Shown piece by piece: positions 1 to 12,216 of a stretch of 64,000 nt of DNA. A model generated the notes under the pieces. The model was given only the letters and a program-made list of their open reading frames with translations. It did not search any database and had not been told where the DNA came from. Each line of letters opens with the position of its first letter. Within the stretch, counting starts at the first letter, position 1. Both the position numbers and the translations under genes were made by a program. Source of the DNA: Monocercomonoides exilis PA203. Its lineage: Eukaryota; Protista; Preaxostyla. The stretch spans positions 372,001 through 436,000 of the forward strand of contig LSRY02000026.1 of assembly GCA_001643675.2 (NCBI GenBank), given 5' to 3'.

Positions 1-14
1 TATCTTTCAAGACA

Positions 15-911
15 TTGACAATGAAGGCTATCAACTTAACAATGCTCTTCTCTGCCTGCAGAATTACAGAGCTGGAGCGTGTCAACATAAAGGACTCTCT
101 GTTTGAAGAGGAAGACTTGTATTTGGATACAGTGTTGAAAACATCACACACACGGTCAGAGATTGCAGTTTTTTTTCTCTCGGAACTCCCACTTACATGT
201 CCAGCTTCAGCGATAAAGGATTTGTATTTCCTGGTAAAACAAAAACAGAACAGCAACAAACTTCTGCTCAATACCACAACATTCGAGCCGCTGACTGCTT
301 CTGGTATCCGCAAGTTAGCTAAGGAGACAATGAAACTTGCAGGAGTTCCTCAGAGATTCATGTTGTACTCTTTAAAGGCAGCAACCTTGTCAACATTAAC
401 AATGGCAGGTATCCCGCCTTCACAGATTGCCAAGTTTGCCAGACTGTCTTCAAAGATAAATACTCTGGTTAAGCACTATTTCAGGATAAATTTGCCATCG
501 TCAATGGTAAGAGTTATTGCAAGAACAATGAAGGAACAGAAGATTTGTGACTGTGAGAAGGAAGAAAGTCCGATAGTTAGTGATGAAGAGGAAGCAAAAA
601 AACAAGCCAATGAGGGAACACTTTCAGAAGAGGAATCCAAGTGTCAAGAAGTTGAGGCTTCGATGGAGGAGTTGGTGGAAGAGGTGAAAACGAAGACTGC
701 TAGGATGACAAGGAAAAGAGGAAAGAAGTCGCAAACTCAAGGAGACGATGATAGAACCCGAGATGCATTGAACAGTGAACAGCACAAACAAGAAGAAGAA
801 AAGGACATTTACATTATTCGCACAAGGGTACAAGCCAAAAGAGAGTCCAAGACATATGATTTCCGCTCTTTCGGTCGAAGGCCAGAGGGCAAAGCAACAC
901 CTTCCAACTAA
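15..911 (+). CDS. Tyrosine recombinase of a DIRS-like retrotransposon (3' part; element runs off the left window edge)
   Basis: Motifs CRITEL (R), LKT (K), YSLKAA, FARLS and KHYFR (Y) align with the YR region of ORF 16644-19478. Acidic/basic C-terminal tail. Confidence 0.8.
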   Translation: MTMKAINLTMLFSACRITELERVNIKDSLFEEEDLYLDTVLKTSHTRSEIAVFFLSELPLTCPASAIKDLYFLVKQKQNSNKLLLNTTTFEPLTASGIRKLAKETMKLAGVPQRFMLYSLKAATLSTLTMAGIPPSQIAKFARLSSKINTLVKHYFRINLPSSMVRVIARTMKEQKICDCEKEESPIVSDEEEAKKQANEGTLSEEESKCQEVEASMEELVEEVKTKTARMTRKRGKKSQTQGDDDRTRDALNSEQHKQEEEKDIYIIRTRVQAKRESKTYDFRSFGRRPEGKATPSN

Positions 912-1559
912 GTTTTTCTCTCAACAAGAAGAGAAGAAATTGAATGATTGTTTTCTTTTCTAAATTCAATTGTGAGAAAATCTTATATTTTTCTCAATAT
1001 TTTTAGTCCGTTCAAATATTTCTGTGAATTTGTTACAACTATTTTTAAAATATTTAATGAATAATTTTTAGAACGTTCACCAACAAATTATGCAAAATAA
1101 ATCATTTTTCGTATTTTTGTGAAAATCGAAAAAAAATATTTTTGTACGTTTAATACGATTATTGAGATGTTTTTTCGCAACAAATGATTGTAGATATTCA
1201 AAACATTTCAAAATTTCAACATTAAATGGTTTAAAATTACTGATTTGCAAAAATCAACAAAATACATCAAATATCAAAAAAGAGAGCTATTAAAATTCAG
1301 AAACATTTCAAATATTTATGTTTTTCTCAATAATGAATATTTCATGGAGAATTAAAATGTTAACGTGGAAGAAAAAATGTCAAAAAATAAAAGAAAAAAT
1401 AATGTTTCATTTTGTTAATGGATCCGCATAATGTTTAGCTGATTGGATTGATAAAATCATCCAAAGATTGTAGCAAATCTTGTTGCTTCTTCTTCTTCTT
1501 CTTCTTCTTCTTCTTTTTCTTTTTCTTCTCAAAATATTATTCCTTTCAGGAAACAAAAC

Positions 1560-3060
1560 TCTTTTGAGCCGTCTCTGCTTTCAATTTCTCTGTCTATTTC
1601 CATCCTTCCCTTCTGCCTCCCCCAAATTATTCTGAATCCCTATTCTCTATTCTTCTTCCACTCAAATGCCTGTACAAACTCAAGTCTATATAAAACTGAA
1701 AAATAAGAAGATTCCATCTGAAGAACCCTTCTTATCCACTGACCATACCTTCTTCTTTTTCTCTCCATTTTACCTGAATCAAAAACGCACATCTTCTTCA
1801 CATCCTTTTTCACGACAAACAATAAAAATTTTCCATTTTCCTTTCATTTTTGTAACCCCTTCTCCCTTCATCCTTTTTTTTGTAATAAATAATACCTCCA
1901 TCCTTTTTCTGTCTCCTGTGCAAAACACCCTCTCGTAGTCAATCCCTCATCTTCCTTTGTCGCCACACCTCCAACGCAAAGTGTCAGCGCTGATGTTACT
2001 TCTTACCATCTTCCAACGCCTTCGCCTCCATCCCCTGTCCTGCAAGTGCGAGGTAAGACCAAATAGTTCACGAAATAAATTATACAAAAATATGAAAAAA
2101 GTTTTCTTCACTTTTTTTTCTTCAACCACACTTCTTTTTCTTATCAAACGCTTGCTCAAAAAATCTCTTCTCTTTGCTCTGCCTCATATGAACCCCCCTC
2201 TCTCTCGGTGCATTTGTAAAAAAATAATATTCCTTTTCCATTTCTTCTCCATTTCATTTCCAATTCTTGTTCTCTCATTCAATAAATATATTCCATTCAC
2301 TCCACACATCTTCTGCCCTTCTTGTTTTCCCTCTCATCCCACCTCCTCAACAGCAAATTCCATTTTTCAAATAATAAACACAACTCCTACTCCTTCCAAC
2401 TTACAAAAATCTCAAAAATAACCCCTCCCAACCTCATCCCAATCCATCCCCTGCGCATCCATTTTGCATCTTAATTCTCACAAAAACACATCTTTATCCC
2501 CCCTCCAAAAACATCTTTTTATCGTTCCATTCCCCTTTCAAAGCCCTACCTCCTCCAAAAACTTAACTCCGTCACCCCATACCACAAATCCATCCTTTTG
2601 TTATCACATTGTATTCATATGCTTATTCAGCCACGACACATCGAGTTGTGCTCCTTTTCTTTTGTGGCTCTAATTCGTTATGGAAAATGATCAAAGTTAA
2701 ATGATAAAAAAACTATTCAACGGAATGAGAAGTCAAGACGTCAAATACTCCAGCTGGAGTTAATGGATTATTTCCAGAGATATGGCAGATAAGACAGCAG
2801 CAATAGTTTTATTTTGAGGGAAGCTGGAGTTGTTCGTTTTGATTGTTGGAATGCTGTGAAGCAACAATATTTTCAATGGAAATATTGAATTTTTGATGTA
2901 TGTATTTTATATTGTTCTATATGTTGTGAAGATATTATCATCCGTATCCTCTCCAAAGTTGTGATTCAGACAAATTATTTAAATTGGACAATTTATTCTT
3001 TGCAGAGGAGAACAGCGAGGAAGCGAGCCAAATGTTATCTTTCAAATATATAAGAGCCTG
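1560..3060 (+). repeat. Decayed multi-exon gene-family copy; inverted paralog of 14460-15960
   Basis: 2570-2695 is a near reverse complement of 14824-14950 (e.g. TTCGTTATGGAAAATGATCAA). Similarity also at 1930-2200 vs 15300-15600 and 2830-3050 vs 14470-14700. Boundaries approximate. Confidence 0.75.
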
Positions 3061-4083
3061 AATATATTTTATCATAAATATTTATGTCACTCATTTTGAA
3101 TTCTACATGCACTGGATAGAAATATGATGAAAATGAATTTTACGAGAACGAAGAGCCTCCTGATATGGAAAACTGGTGTCATAAGAAAATTATTTTAAAT
3201 CAATGTTGATTATGAGCACTGTCCGAAGAATTATTTTGAATGGATATTTTGCAAGAAATAAACAAGAAGAGAAGAAAAAAAAAGAAAAAGGAAAAAATGC
3301 TGGACCTGAAACTTGAAGACAAATGAAGGTAAATAGCTGTTTTATTGTTGCAGAAACTTAAGGAAATTGAAGAAAATATGCTGTGCTGTTGAAATACATC
3401 ACTGAAACTTTTTTTTTGAAATTTCATATTTAAATTTCTTTCTTGGAAGAAATCCTACAAAAAAATATTAGAATTGTTATGAATATCGTTAATTGTGATT
3501 TTTTCCCAATTGTTAATCAAAAAATACAGCATTATAAGGTTTTATTTAAAAAATCCAAATCAATTACTGAACAATTTAAAAAAAAATCACCCATATTTTC
3601 TTCAATAAATAACAATAAATACAACAGTGCATTTTTCGAAAATATGATTTGAATTACTTTATGAGTATGCATAATATATTTTTACACAGTAAAAATTTGT
3701 TCATTTGAGTTATTGCAAAATTCCCCAAAATTTTCAAAATTTGGGTAATTTTTTTTATAAATCATAACTTTTTTCGATGTGTTGATCATTTTAAAAAAAA
3801 TCAATGTCATTTGCCAAATTAAAAACAATTTTATATGAAATGTTTATCAATTGTTAAAAAGCTAATAGTTGATGATAGTATTTGATAGAAATATTCTTTA
3901 ATTGGAGTTATCACTTTTCTGTGTTCATAAACAAACATTCAAAACGAAATTATCAAACCGAATTTTCTGTTCAAATAAATATGACCTCAAAAATAATCAC
4001 CCATTACCATAGAAAACTTCAAAATTATTTTTATTTTACAATTCATCTATTTGTTCGCAATATCGATAAATTGAAGTTCATAC

Positions 4084-4202
4084 GGCAAGACCTGAAGATA
4101 TGGGAACGTCTGGAATAAATTTATTTCTGTTTTGTTTGATTTATAATTAATTATAATGCAATTATTATCTCCAAAAAACGTGCGGAAAGTGGTCAATAAT
4201 AT
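4084..4202 (+). mobile_element. Probable detached left end of the Merlin-like element whose body is at 24373-25978
   Basis: 4084 GGCAAGACCTGAAGATATGGGAACG matches the reverse complement of 25954-25978 (GGATAGACCGCATAATATGGGAATG) at 18/25. A subterminal GTGCGGAA...AATAAT motif sits at a similar distance from both ends. No TSD recognisable. Confidence 0.5.
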
Positions 4203-4263
4203 GGCTAATTTTTTTTGAAAACTTCCATTTGTTTAATTTTCAAATAAAATAAAAATTTCATAT
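4203..4263 (+). mobile_element. Left part of a split GGCTA-family MITE
   Basis: Matches the first ~61 bp of the intact MITE at 11978-12216. Preceded by ATAT (4199-4202). Confidence 0.85.
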
Positions 4264-5099
4264 GGGTGATTCTTTTCGAAAACATACTTTTTTTCGGGGT
4301 GATAAAATAATTCGAAATTTTTTTTCAAAACTTTATTTTCGAATCTGAAAAACTGTTGGGTTTTAATATTGACAATTATTCTATACAAAAGAATCTCTGA
4401 AATTGTGATTTCATTGTTCAATAAATCAACAAGATCATCAACACCATCATTTAATTCTGTGCATGCTTTGAATAAGTTATTGTGTTTTTTGAATATGTTG
4501 AAGGTATTAAATTCAATCTTGTTTTTTTTGTTTGTTTCATTTTAGATAATATATATTGAAAATATAAGCAAAATAAACTGATAATGACACATATCTGTGA
4601 TTTCATTTTTTCTTTTGATAATTGAATTTTTGTGATATACAGTCACTTTCACAGAGTAAATAACATCTAATTTGAATGAAGTTAACAAGATGAAGGATTT
4701 TCTTCCGATCTATTTGATAATGAATACTTCAATGATATTTATTCATTTTTTTGTACAGTTTGTTATTTCAAAAAAAAGAGAGATAAATATGGATCATCAT
4801 TTTTCTTTTTTGAAAAATTATGAAATTCAAAACAAATGTTTTGAAAAAATGACTGAAAAGCGAAATATTTTAAATGCAATCAAGAAAGTTCGAAAAGTTT
4901 TTTTATGTTTCAATTATCTGTGCAGTTCATTTCATTATTTGGTTTATTATATGGATGGAATGATGCATGTTAAAAAGAAAGATGAAATAAATAAAAAGGA
5001 TATAGTTCCAACAACTTTTGTTTCTGAAAGAAAAAACTTCGTTTATCTAATGGATAAGGAAAACTCAATTTTTATCGTTGGTTGTGTATATCAACTTTA

Positions 5100-6800
5100 A
5101 AGATAGATCGCAAGACAGGAAAAGTGATCCTGCGGATTTGATATTGGAACTGCTTCCAGATTCAGCCAAACATGTTCATTCCAGATGAAAAATGAGAAAC
5201 GGAGAGGATCACTCCTTTGCAACACTAAAAAGGAATCTGTCTTTTCTTAAGATCCACAAGAAAATGTTGTCCTTCACGCCATCCCCGCCTTTCAAGCTGT
5301 CAGTTGCCAACGAAGCCGAATTGCAGCAGAAGATGTTCCAGCGGAGTGACGGGTATTTCGGCATCAAGGGGCTGTTGTCATAAAACTCGCCTTTCTCGAT
5401 TGTCATGTTGCCTGCTGCCAACGACAATCCACCTGATGACGAATTCGATATTGTCACATCCTTCATTAGTGCTGCTGCATGCGACAAATGGATGAGAGAT
5501 CCATTCCATTTGCAGACACTCTCTTCGCTGCTGGAAATTGCTTGCCTCCCCACAAACAATCACATGCACTTTTGAATATCAAATGCAATACTGATCTCCA
5601 CAATGTTCACATTTTTTCAACAGCGATACGCATTTTCATCATTAATTGTTTACAGGTTATCCAGGCAGAAGATAAAGATGCAGAAAGGAAGCATGCACAA
5701 AAAGAGTTTCAACTGAAATTTTTGATGAAAGAACTGCTAAAAGATACAGCTCCAAACAGATCATCATAAATGGAAATGACACTGCCATTGTGAGAATTCG
5801 CTCCATCCACCACCGCATCATCAATCACCACACTCTCACATTCTCCAACTTCAAACAGATTGAATGATAGCTCAACCTGCTTCACATCCACCTTTGCAAA
5901 GGACACCTTGCTTCTGCCAGTCAGATGGAACACAGGTTCTTAAAATGAAATTTCCGATAAGGTGCAGTTATCGATGAGCAGAAGTCCGCTTTCAACGCTC
6001 AGGAGAACCGAGTTGAGGACAATGGGATGGATGCTATTTGAAGGCACTTCAGATGCAAAATGGACTTACAAAAGATAAAGCTTCCAGTTTGTCTCACAAA
6101 TGAATGCTCCTCCTGAAAACGAAAAGGAAGAGTCAACAGAGAACGACAAGCTCTCGATCCGGACTTTTTCTGAGGTTGCAATAATGCTGCTGCCATGTGG
6201 GATTATTGAGTTGAGGAACACCTGTGCAGGAGAAGGCGATTCAAGCGAGCGGATGGAGAAATTCTACTCATTGCATCTGCTCAAGATGGAAGTGTGGCTG
6301 GAGATCAGCAGCTGGGAGAACAATGACGGAATGATGTGTAGCAGCCCTTCGCTCAGCATGCTGCATGGCCCATCTGGCCCTCCGCACTGCTTGCTGTTCT
6401 CGTGATTGTTCCCAGCCGAAGACACAAACACCGTCTACTCCTGGTCCTTCACAATTCTCTTCAGCAGATCTTCCTCATCCAGATGTATGCCCGAGGTGTA
6501 TCCCACTATCGCGACTTCATTCACGAATGGGGCTCTGCAGTCCAACAAAAACTGCCCATGTGCGATCTGTGCTTCTATCGAGTTGCACTTCGCATATACG
6601 TCTCTTCCCAGATATGCTGTTTTGTCCTTGAATAAGATTTTCGACAATTCAAATATAAGTTGCAAAAATAATCGTTGAAACACATTTCACATCCATCCCC
6701 CTGCCTTTTCATGTCAAAAAACATAAAATTTTGAGATTTCACAAACTGAGCAACAAATCAAAGTGTCTCTTCATTCAATGAGCATAAAATATATCCAATT
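5100..6800 (-). pseudogene. Surface-protein (beta-helix-like) multigene family fragment
   Basis: Broken ORFs 6435-6683 (AYLGRDVYAKC...QFLLD), 5709-5933 and 5209-5559 (SNSSSGGLS...YPSLRWNIFC). Paralogous to 55324-55686. Confidence 0.65.
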
Positions 6801-6933
6801 TTTTTAATATCAAAACACAAAAAGACAATGAAACTTTTTTCAATATCCTGGACCATAATATTATAAATTTTCTTTATTCATAAAAACAAATATGTCGACA
6901 TATATGAATATAATACAAACAAAATATTAATTT

Positions 6934-7185
6934 CTTAAGTAATTCTAAACAGGAAAGAAGAATGTGAAGGGTCTGTCCTGGAAGGCTGATTCTGGACCCA
7001 AATCCTGCAAGAAACTGTGCTGGACCTGTCACAGCACAGTTTCAGTACGGAATCAGCCTAGCCCCCATTTTTTTCCATTCAAATGGGAAAAATGTGAGGT
7101 ACTCTGAAGCATTTGTTCAAAACAAAAGCACAAAGCTTGAGCAACAGACCACAAAAAAACTCCTCACTGTTTAGAATTACTTAAG
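6934..7185 (-). other. Nested hairpin region downstream of USP-transposase copy 1 (candidate structured RNA or end motif)
   Basis: 19-bp perfect IR 6934-6952/7167-7185; 9-bp stem 6984-6992/7050-7058; 12-bp stem 7011-7022/7032-7043. CAGCCTTCCAGG on the minus strand at 6977-6988. Confidence 0.6.
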
Positions 7186-7209
7186 GAATAGAAACAATAA
7201 AGAAGCAAT

Positions 7210-10200
7210 TCAAAGTTTATCAAACAAATGATTAATATCAAATAATCTTCTATCTTTCAATAATTTCTCTATGTAATTTCCTACACTCTCTTCTGCTGAA
7301 TTGATTGAACTCTTTTGATAAATTTTTTTAACTCTCTCATCTCTCACTCTTTTTTCGTTGAAATTCACCAAAAAAGATCCTTCACAGTCATTTGGTGAAG
7401 CGGCTGATCGATATATTTGATTCCCTCTTTTCTCATAGAACAGAAATGTCTTTATCGAATTGATTTCCAATTTTTTTTACAAGATTTTATTTCTTGGAAT
7501 ATATCTATAAAGAATATGCAATAAGAGTTTTGAAATAAAGAATCATTATTAATAAGAAATAATATAAGCCGCAAGAAATTACAAATTTAAAAAAATGACG
7601 AATGATTTTGCGAGAATTGTTTGACATTGATTTTTCCTGAATCACACTGTCATGAGGGTGTTTTTCAAAAAATTTGATGAGATCATCAATGTTTTGGATA
7701 ACAGTTTCACTATCCAGATGAATGTTCATTGTGTTTGCAAGGCATCCAAATTCTCCATCACATTCACATTTTCCGTGTTTTTCACAGAAAAATGATAATG
7801 CCGAAGACTTTCCACAAACCACTGCTAAATAATCAGATCGAAGAAAATGCATAATTTTTAAATTTCTAAAGTGTGGTCCTGTGTCACACACAAAATGCAA
7901 GTTTTTCTTTTGTGATAACATGGGTTTATTAAGCACTTGGTTCAAGCATTCAATAACGAAACGATAGTCATGTGAGAGAATGCTTGAAAAGAAGTTGAAT
8001 ATATGCTTCGTCTTGTTTTTGTTTTCGTCCACTGTGTAGACTATAATGCAGAAATGAGAAACTTCATACTTGTCGTTATAATCCTTGTTGATCTGGTTTC
8101 TTCTGAGAGGAAGGGACCAATTTTCTTTGAAATCAAACAACACGAGCGCATCATCTATTGATAGATTTTCCTTCATTAGACGATAATAACGTTGCTGGTT
8201 CGTTGCAAGTTTTCTGTGATCCTCTATTCCCTTCAACGTTTCTTTGTCTTTTTCTGAAAGCTGTTCGGATTTAGTTCTCAAGAATTCTTCTTTCTTTTTC
8301 ATATGATTGTATTTTTCGCAAAGATTGCACAAATCCGTACTCCGAGCCGCTCGCTTCAAGTGAGAAGTTCTTTTGTAAAATGTACTTCGAGACATTTTTA
8401 TGTTTGTTGTTTCTTTCATTTTTTGGAACAACTGTAATTTTGAAGTGTTAATGAGTCGAATTGAATACGTTTTTGTTGTTTTTTGATGTTGTGAAGTGTT
8501 GTTGTTTTGGGATTCGAATCTGTGAAGGATGTCGTCAGGAGACATTGATATTGAATTCATCATTGTTGAGGAAGTATTTGTTGAAACAGTTGATTGTGTC
8601 GGTGAAGAGTGCGAATTGTCATTTCGTTTATTTATTGAATTCGAAGATGAATTCTTTGATGAGTTGATTATCGCTTGAGTATTCTGATCTGAAAGGTTGA
8701 ATGAGAAAGATGAAGTGTTTTCTATTAAAACTTGTCGATAGTAAGTGCATGTTGTTCCAGGTTTGGGAGAGCTCGAAACCTCAAAAATGCTGTGAGATAT
8801 CGATTTATCATTCTGTATATCTTCCATATTTTTTACTACTATTTTATTTGACGTGGAAACACTAGGTTGATGTGGACGAAGTGATAGAAAGTTCAAATTG
8901 AAATCTCTGTTATTAGAATGAAATGAATTTGATGTGTTGATAGAAGAATTTGATGAGGATGGAAAGTCAAATTGATTGAATGAAGTGCTTGGAGAAGAAA
9001 TGATGTGATTGCTGTTCAAGTTTTCTTCGCAACATAATTGATTGTGAATTGGAAAATGAAGTGAAGATGAAAAATGAGATGTTGAATAAGATGAATTATT
9101 TGTTTCCTGGCAGTTTTCATTTTCTTTTTGCGTTAGAGAGCAATTCTTTGCAAATTGATTTTGATTTGATTCAGAATCAGTGAAGTGAGAAAAAGAAGAA
9201 GAGTGACAAGAAGCATGTCCTAATGGTATTTTTTCTCCATGGTTTTCATTGATATTTGCGTTTGTGAATTGTTGTATTGAAGCCTTGTCAACATGTTGAT
9301 GTGAACTTGATGAAGTTCCAATATGATAAGGTTCATTGGATATGTTCAAAACTTGATGTGGATTCTTCTTTTGAAAAGATGGAATCAATGGTGGAGATAG
9401 AATTTCAGTAATGTGAGTATTTTCTTTTATTTCTACTTGAACGTATATCCACATCACCGGCTGAGAGTCTTTTTTCATATGACTATTGATTTCATCTTCC
9501 ACATTCTTGTTGATGATAGAAATCATTTCATCGTTGCACAAGTACCAACTGTTGTTTTGAAATGTCGATGACTCTTCATAGCTTCCTGAATGGCAGATGG
9601 AATAAAAATGACCGTTTTCTTTTTCTCCTTTATAAAATAACACCGCAATCAAGTTGTAATTGAGGGCATTTGGATCATAATTTGAGGATGCAACTGTTTT
9701 TCTATCGATATTTTGAAATGATAAAACTGTGTATACATTCGTCGGACAAGTATTTGAATCAGATAGTGTTTTAAATGAAATTGATAAAATGCGAGGAAAT
9801 TGACTGATTGATAAAGTTGTCAATTGATGAGTGTTTCTTGAACAGCACTTTCAGAATGCATCTCTATTATTAATATTATCCTCACTTATTTCAAACGATT
9901 CGTTGAAAGACTTCAATAAATCATTTCCGTTCAGCCTCAGTATAGGAGTTGTTTCAACGACACCTTCATTCCGATGAAAACATTTGATGCAAACCCGAGG
10001 AAAACAAATTTTCTGTTCCATTTGACTTCGAAATGAAGGATAAATTGATGAAACATCGTCAAAGATGCTCAGAAATGTTTCATAGAACTCATGTTGAATA
10101 CCAGTTTGTAGATTATACATATTTTCCCATTTTTTAACAAAATTCGAAGTCCATTTCGATGTGTGATTAGATTGATTATTCTTGGGTTTTGTGTGTTGAG

Positions 10201-11586
10201 GATTCACCAAGAAAGATAAACTATTCTGTATAATTGATAAATGACCTTTCCTCATTTTGCATTTATCGGAGCGGAAAAAATTGAACGAAACAGTTGAATT
10301 GTTGCGGACAAGAAACAAGTATTTCCTTTATTGGGAAAAGGATAAAATTGAGGGATAGCATAGTTGCCATTCTTTTTATTCATTGTTTGTTTCAAAGAAG
10401 AAGATTGATTCAATTCTCTTTCATTTATATATGAATCTTTTTGTGAACCTTCTGCATTTTCTTCTGAATCGTCTTCCATGGCAATAACGTGAGATTCTTC
10501 AATGAAATCCGGAAGAATGGCTTGTTGATCGATTGTATTCAAAAGGTTTTTATTTTCCTAGTTCTGATTTGAAGATCCCGATATCGCAATTAACTCAGGC
10601 TCATCAGTATTCATCGCAGAGTTATTAGAAGAAACTTCATGAGTTTCGGTTGTAATATCCATGCCATTGTCATTTTGAAAATCAATTGAAGAATAATCAG
10701 ATTCATAACTATCCTGAAAGTAATTTCCAAGTGGGTCAACGTCAATTTCCATCCCTTCCTCACCATTAATAATGGAAAAATTGTCATCAATAATTGTTGT
10801 TGAATCTATTATTTTAATAGAGAAAAAAAAGACAAATATAACAAAAAAATAATTTGATATCAATATATATGAACAAAACAGTAACATAATTAAACCTTTA
10901 CGAACACGTTTTGATACATAAATAATTTCGCTTGATTCGTTGGAATTTTCATTAAGGAACCGGAAAAAAGCTTGTTCATCCGCAGAACATAATTCTTAAA
11001 ATAAAAGAACCAGAAAATTATAAATCATAAGACAAAAATCAAAAAAAAATTCAAAAAATAAAAAAACAAACTGGACTTTGATGGAGGTAGAGGAGGCTTT
11101 CTTGGTGGAGTGATATCAAATGAAGTGCTTGAACTGTTTTGCTTGGGGTGATTGTAACTGCCTTTTGTGCATTCAAATCCAAAATCCTGCAATTGGGAAA
11201 GACTCTACTCATGGCAGACACATTTCAGCAAAGTGACTTTAGTATGAACATTGGTTTCGCTGTTGAAAGCAGAAGCCAAGCGAAGAATCGTGTAATTAGC
11301 TTTTTCTATTAATTCAAAAAGGAAAAAAGAATACATAATTCTCACAAATAAAAAAAGATAAAACGAATAACACACCATTGAATATTTCTTGAATCTTTGA
11401 ACTTGGTTTTTTCCCAATGTTTGTGTGCGTAAACATGAATTGGTGCATACTGACTGTATCATTTCCAGATTTTTCGTTCAATTCGTTCCATATGAAAAAG
11501 CATTTTTCACTCTTCCGAGAATTGGAAAGATCTCTGAATTTTCTTTGTTCCATTTGTTTGGAAAAAATCGAATAAGTTGTTGACAA
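7210..11586 (-). pseudogene. USP (peptidase C19)-Sola2-like DDD transposase fusion gene, copy 1; intron-containing and disrupted
   Basis: USP Cys box FPNKGNTCFLSATIQ (ORF 10252-10542) and His box GHFYS...WYLCND. Transposase motifs TDLCNLC, FDFKENWSLP, CDTGPHFRN, FFCEKHGKCECDGEF (ORF 7505-9823). Probable intron near 7505-7582 leads to the last exon (7210-7504). 5' limit uncertain. Confidence 0.75.
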
Positions 11587-11977
11587 AAAAAAATTGTGAA
11601 TTATGGTTAATCCAATATTTCAAATATGGGACAAACGAGCATATTGCACTTATTTATGAATTCAAATTTTATTACTCCATAAAATACTAAGAAACACGAT
11701 ATCACGAATATTTAAAAACTATTTTATTCTATATTTTTTTCTCACAGTTCTTCTTTCTCTTCTTCTCCTTCTCGAAAAATAGTTTCCAATTCCAATAAAG
11801 CAAATTATCTTCATCTTATCAGCTTATCTCAACATCAATGAATTTTTTTCGCTTCTGCTTTAAAAAAATTCTTATTTCCATTTCTTGTTATAGATTCTAT
11901 TGGAATAACTCAAATAACAAAAATCCATTTGCATGATTTGATGAAGATGAATATAATAATGACGAATAAGAAAAAAT

Positions 11978-12216
11978 GGCTAATTTTTTTTGAAAAGTTC
12001 CTTTTGTTTAATTTTCAAATAAAATAAAAATTTCATATTTCGATCAATTTTCTGTTCCCATTCACCAAATTTCGCTGTCATGAAAGGAAAATCATTGCGA
12101 TGTTATTATTTTCAAGACAGCGAAATTTGGCGAGTGGGAACAGAAAATTGATCGAAATATGAAATTTTTATTCTATTAGAAAATTAAACAAAAGGAACTT
12201 TTCAAAAAAATTAGCC
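11978..12216. mobile_element. Foldback MITE (GGCTA...TAGCC), 239 bp, AAAT TSD
   Basis: Near-perfect inverted arms of ~100 bp. AAAT at 11974-11977 and 12217-12220. Confidence 0.85.

Noticed and set aside
5425-5460. CTGATGA hammerhead-like core
   Set aside because: No GAAA or proper flanking stems; it is the antisense of the SNSSSGG coding sequence.
6939-7180. TTAA-flanked piggyBac/Kolobok MITE
   Set aside because: The inverted repeat extends beyond TTAA and the core is shared with copy 2, so it is better read as part of the transposon 3' region. Not fully excluded.
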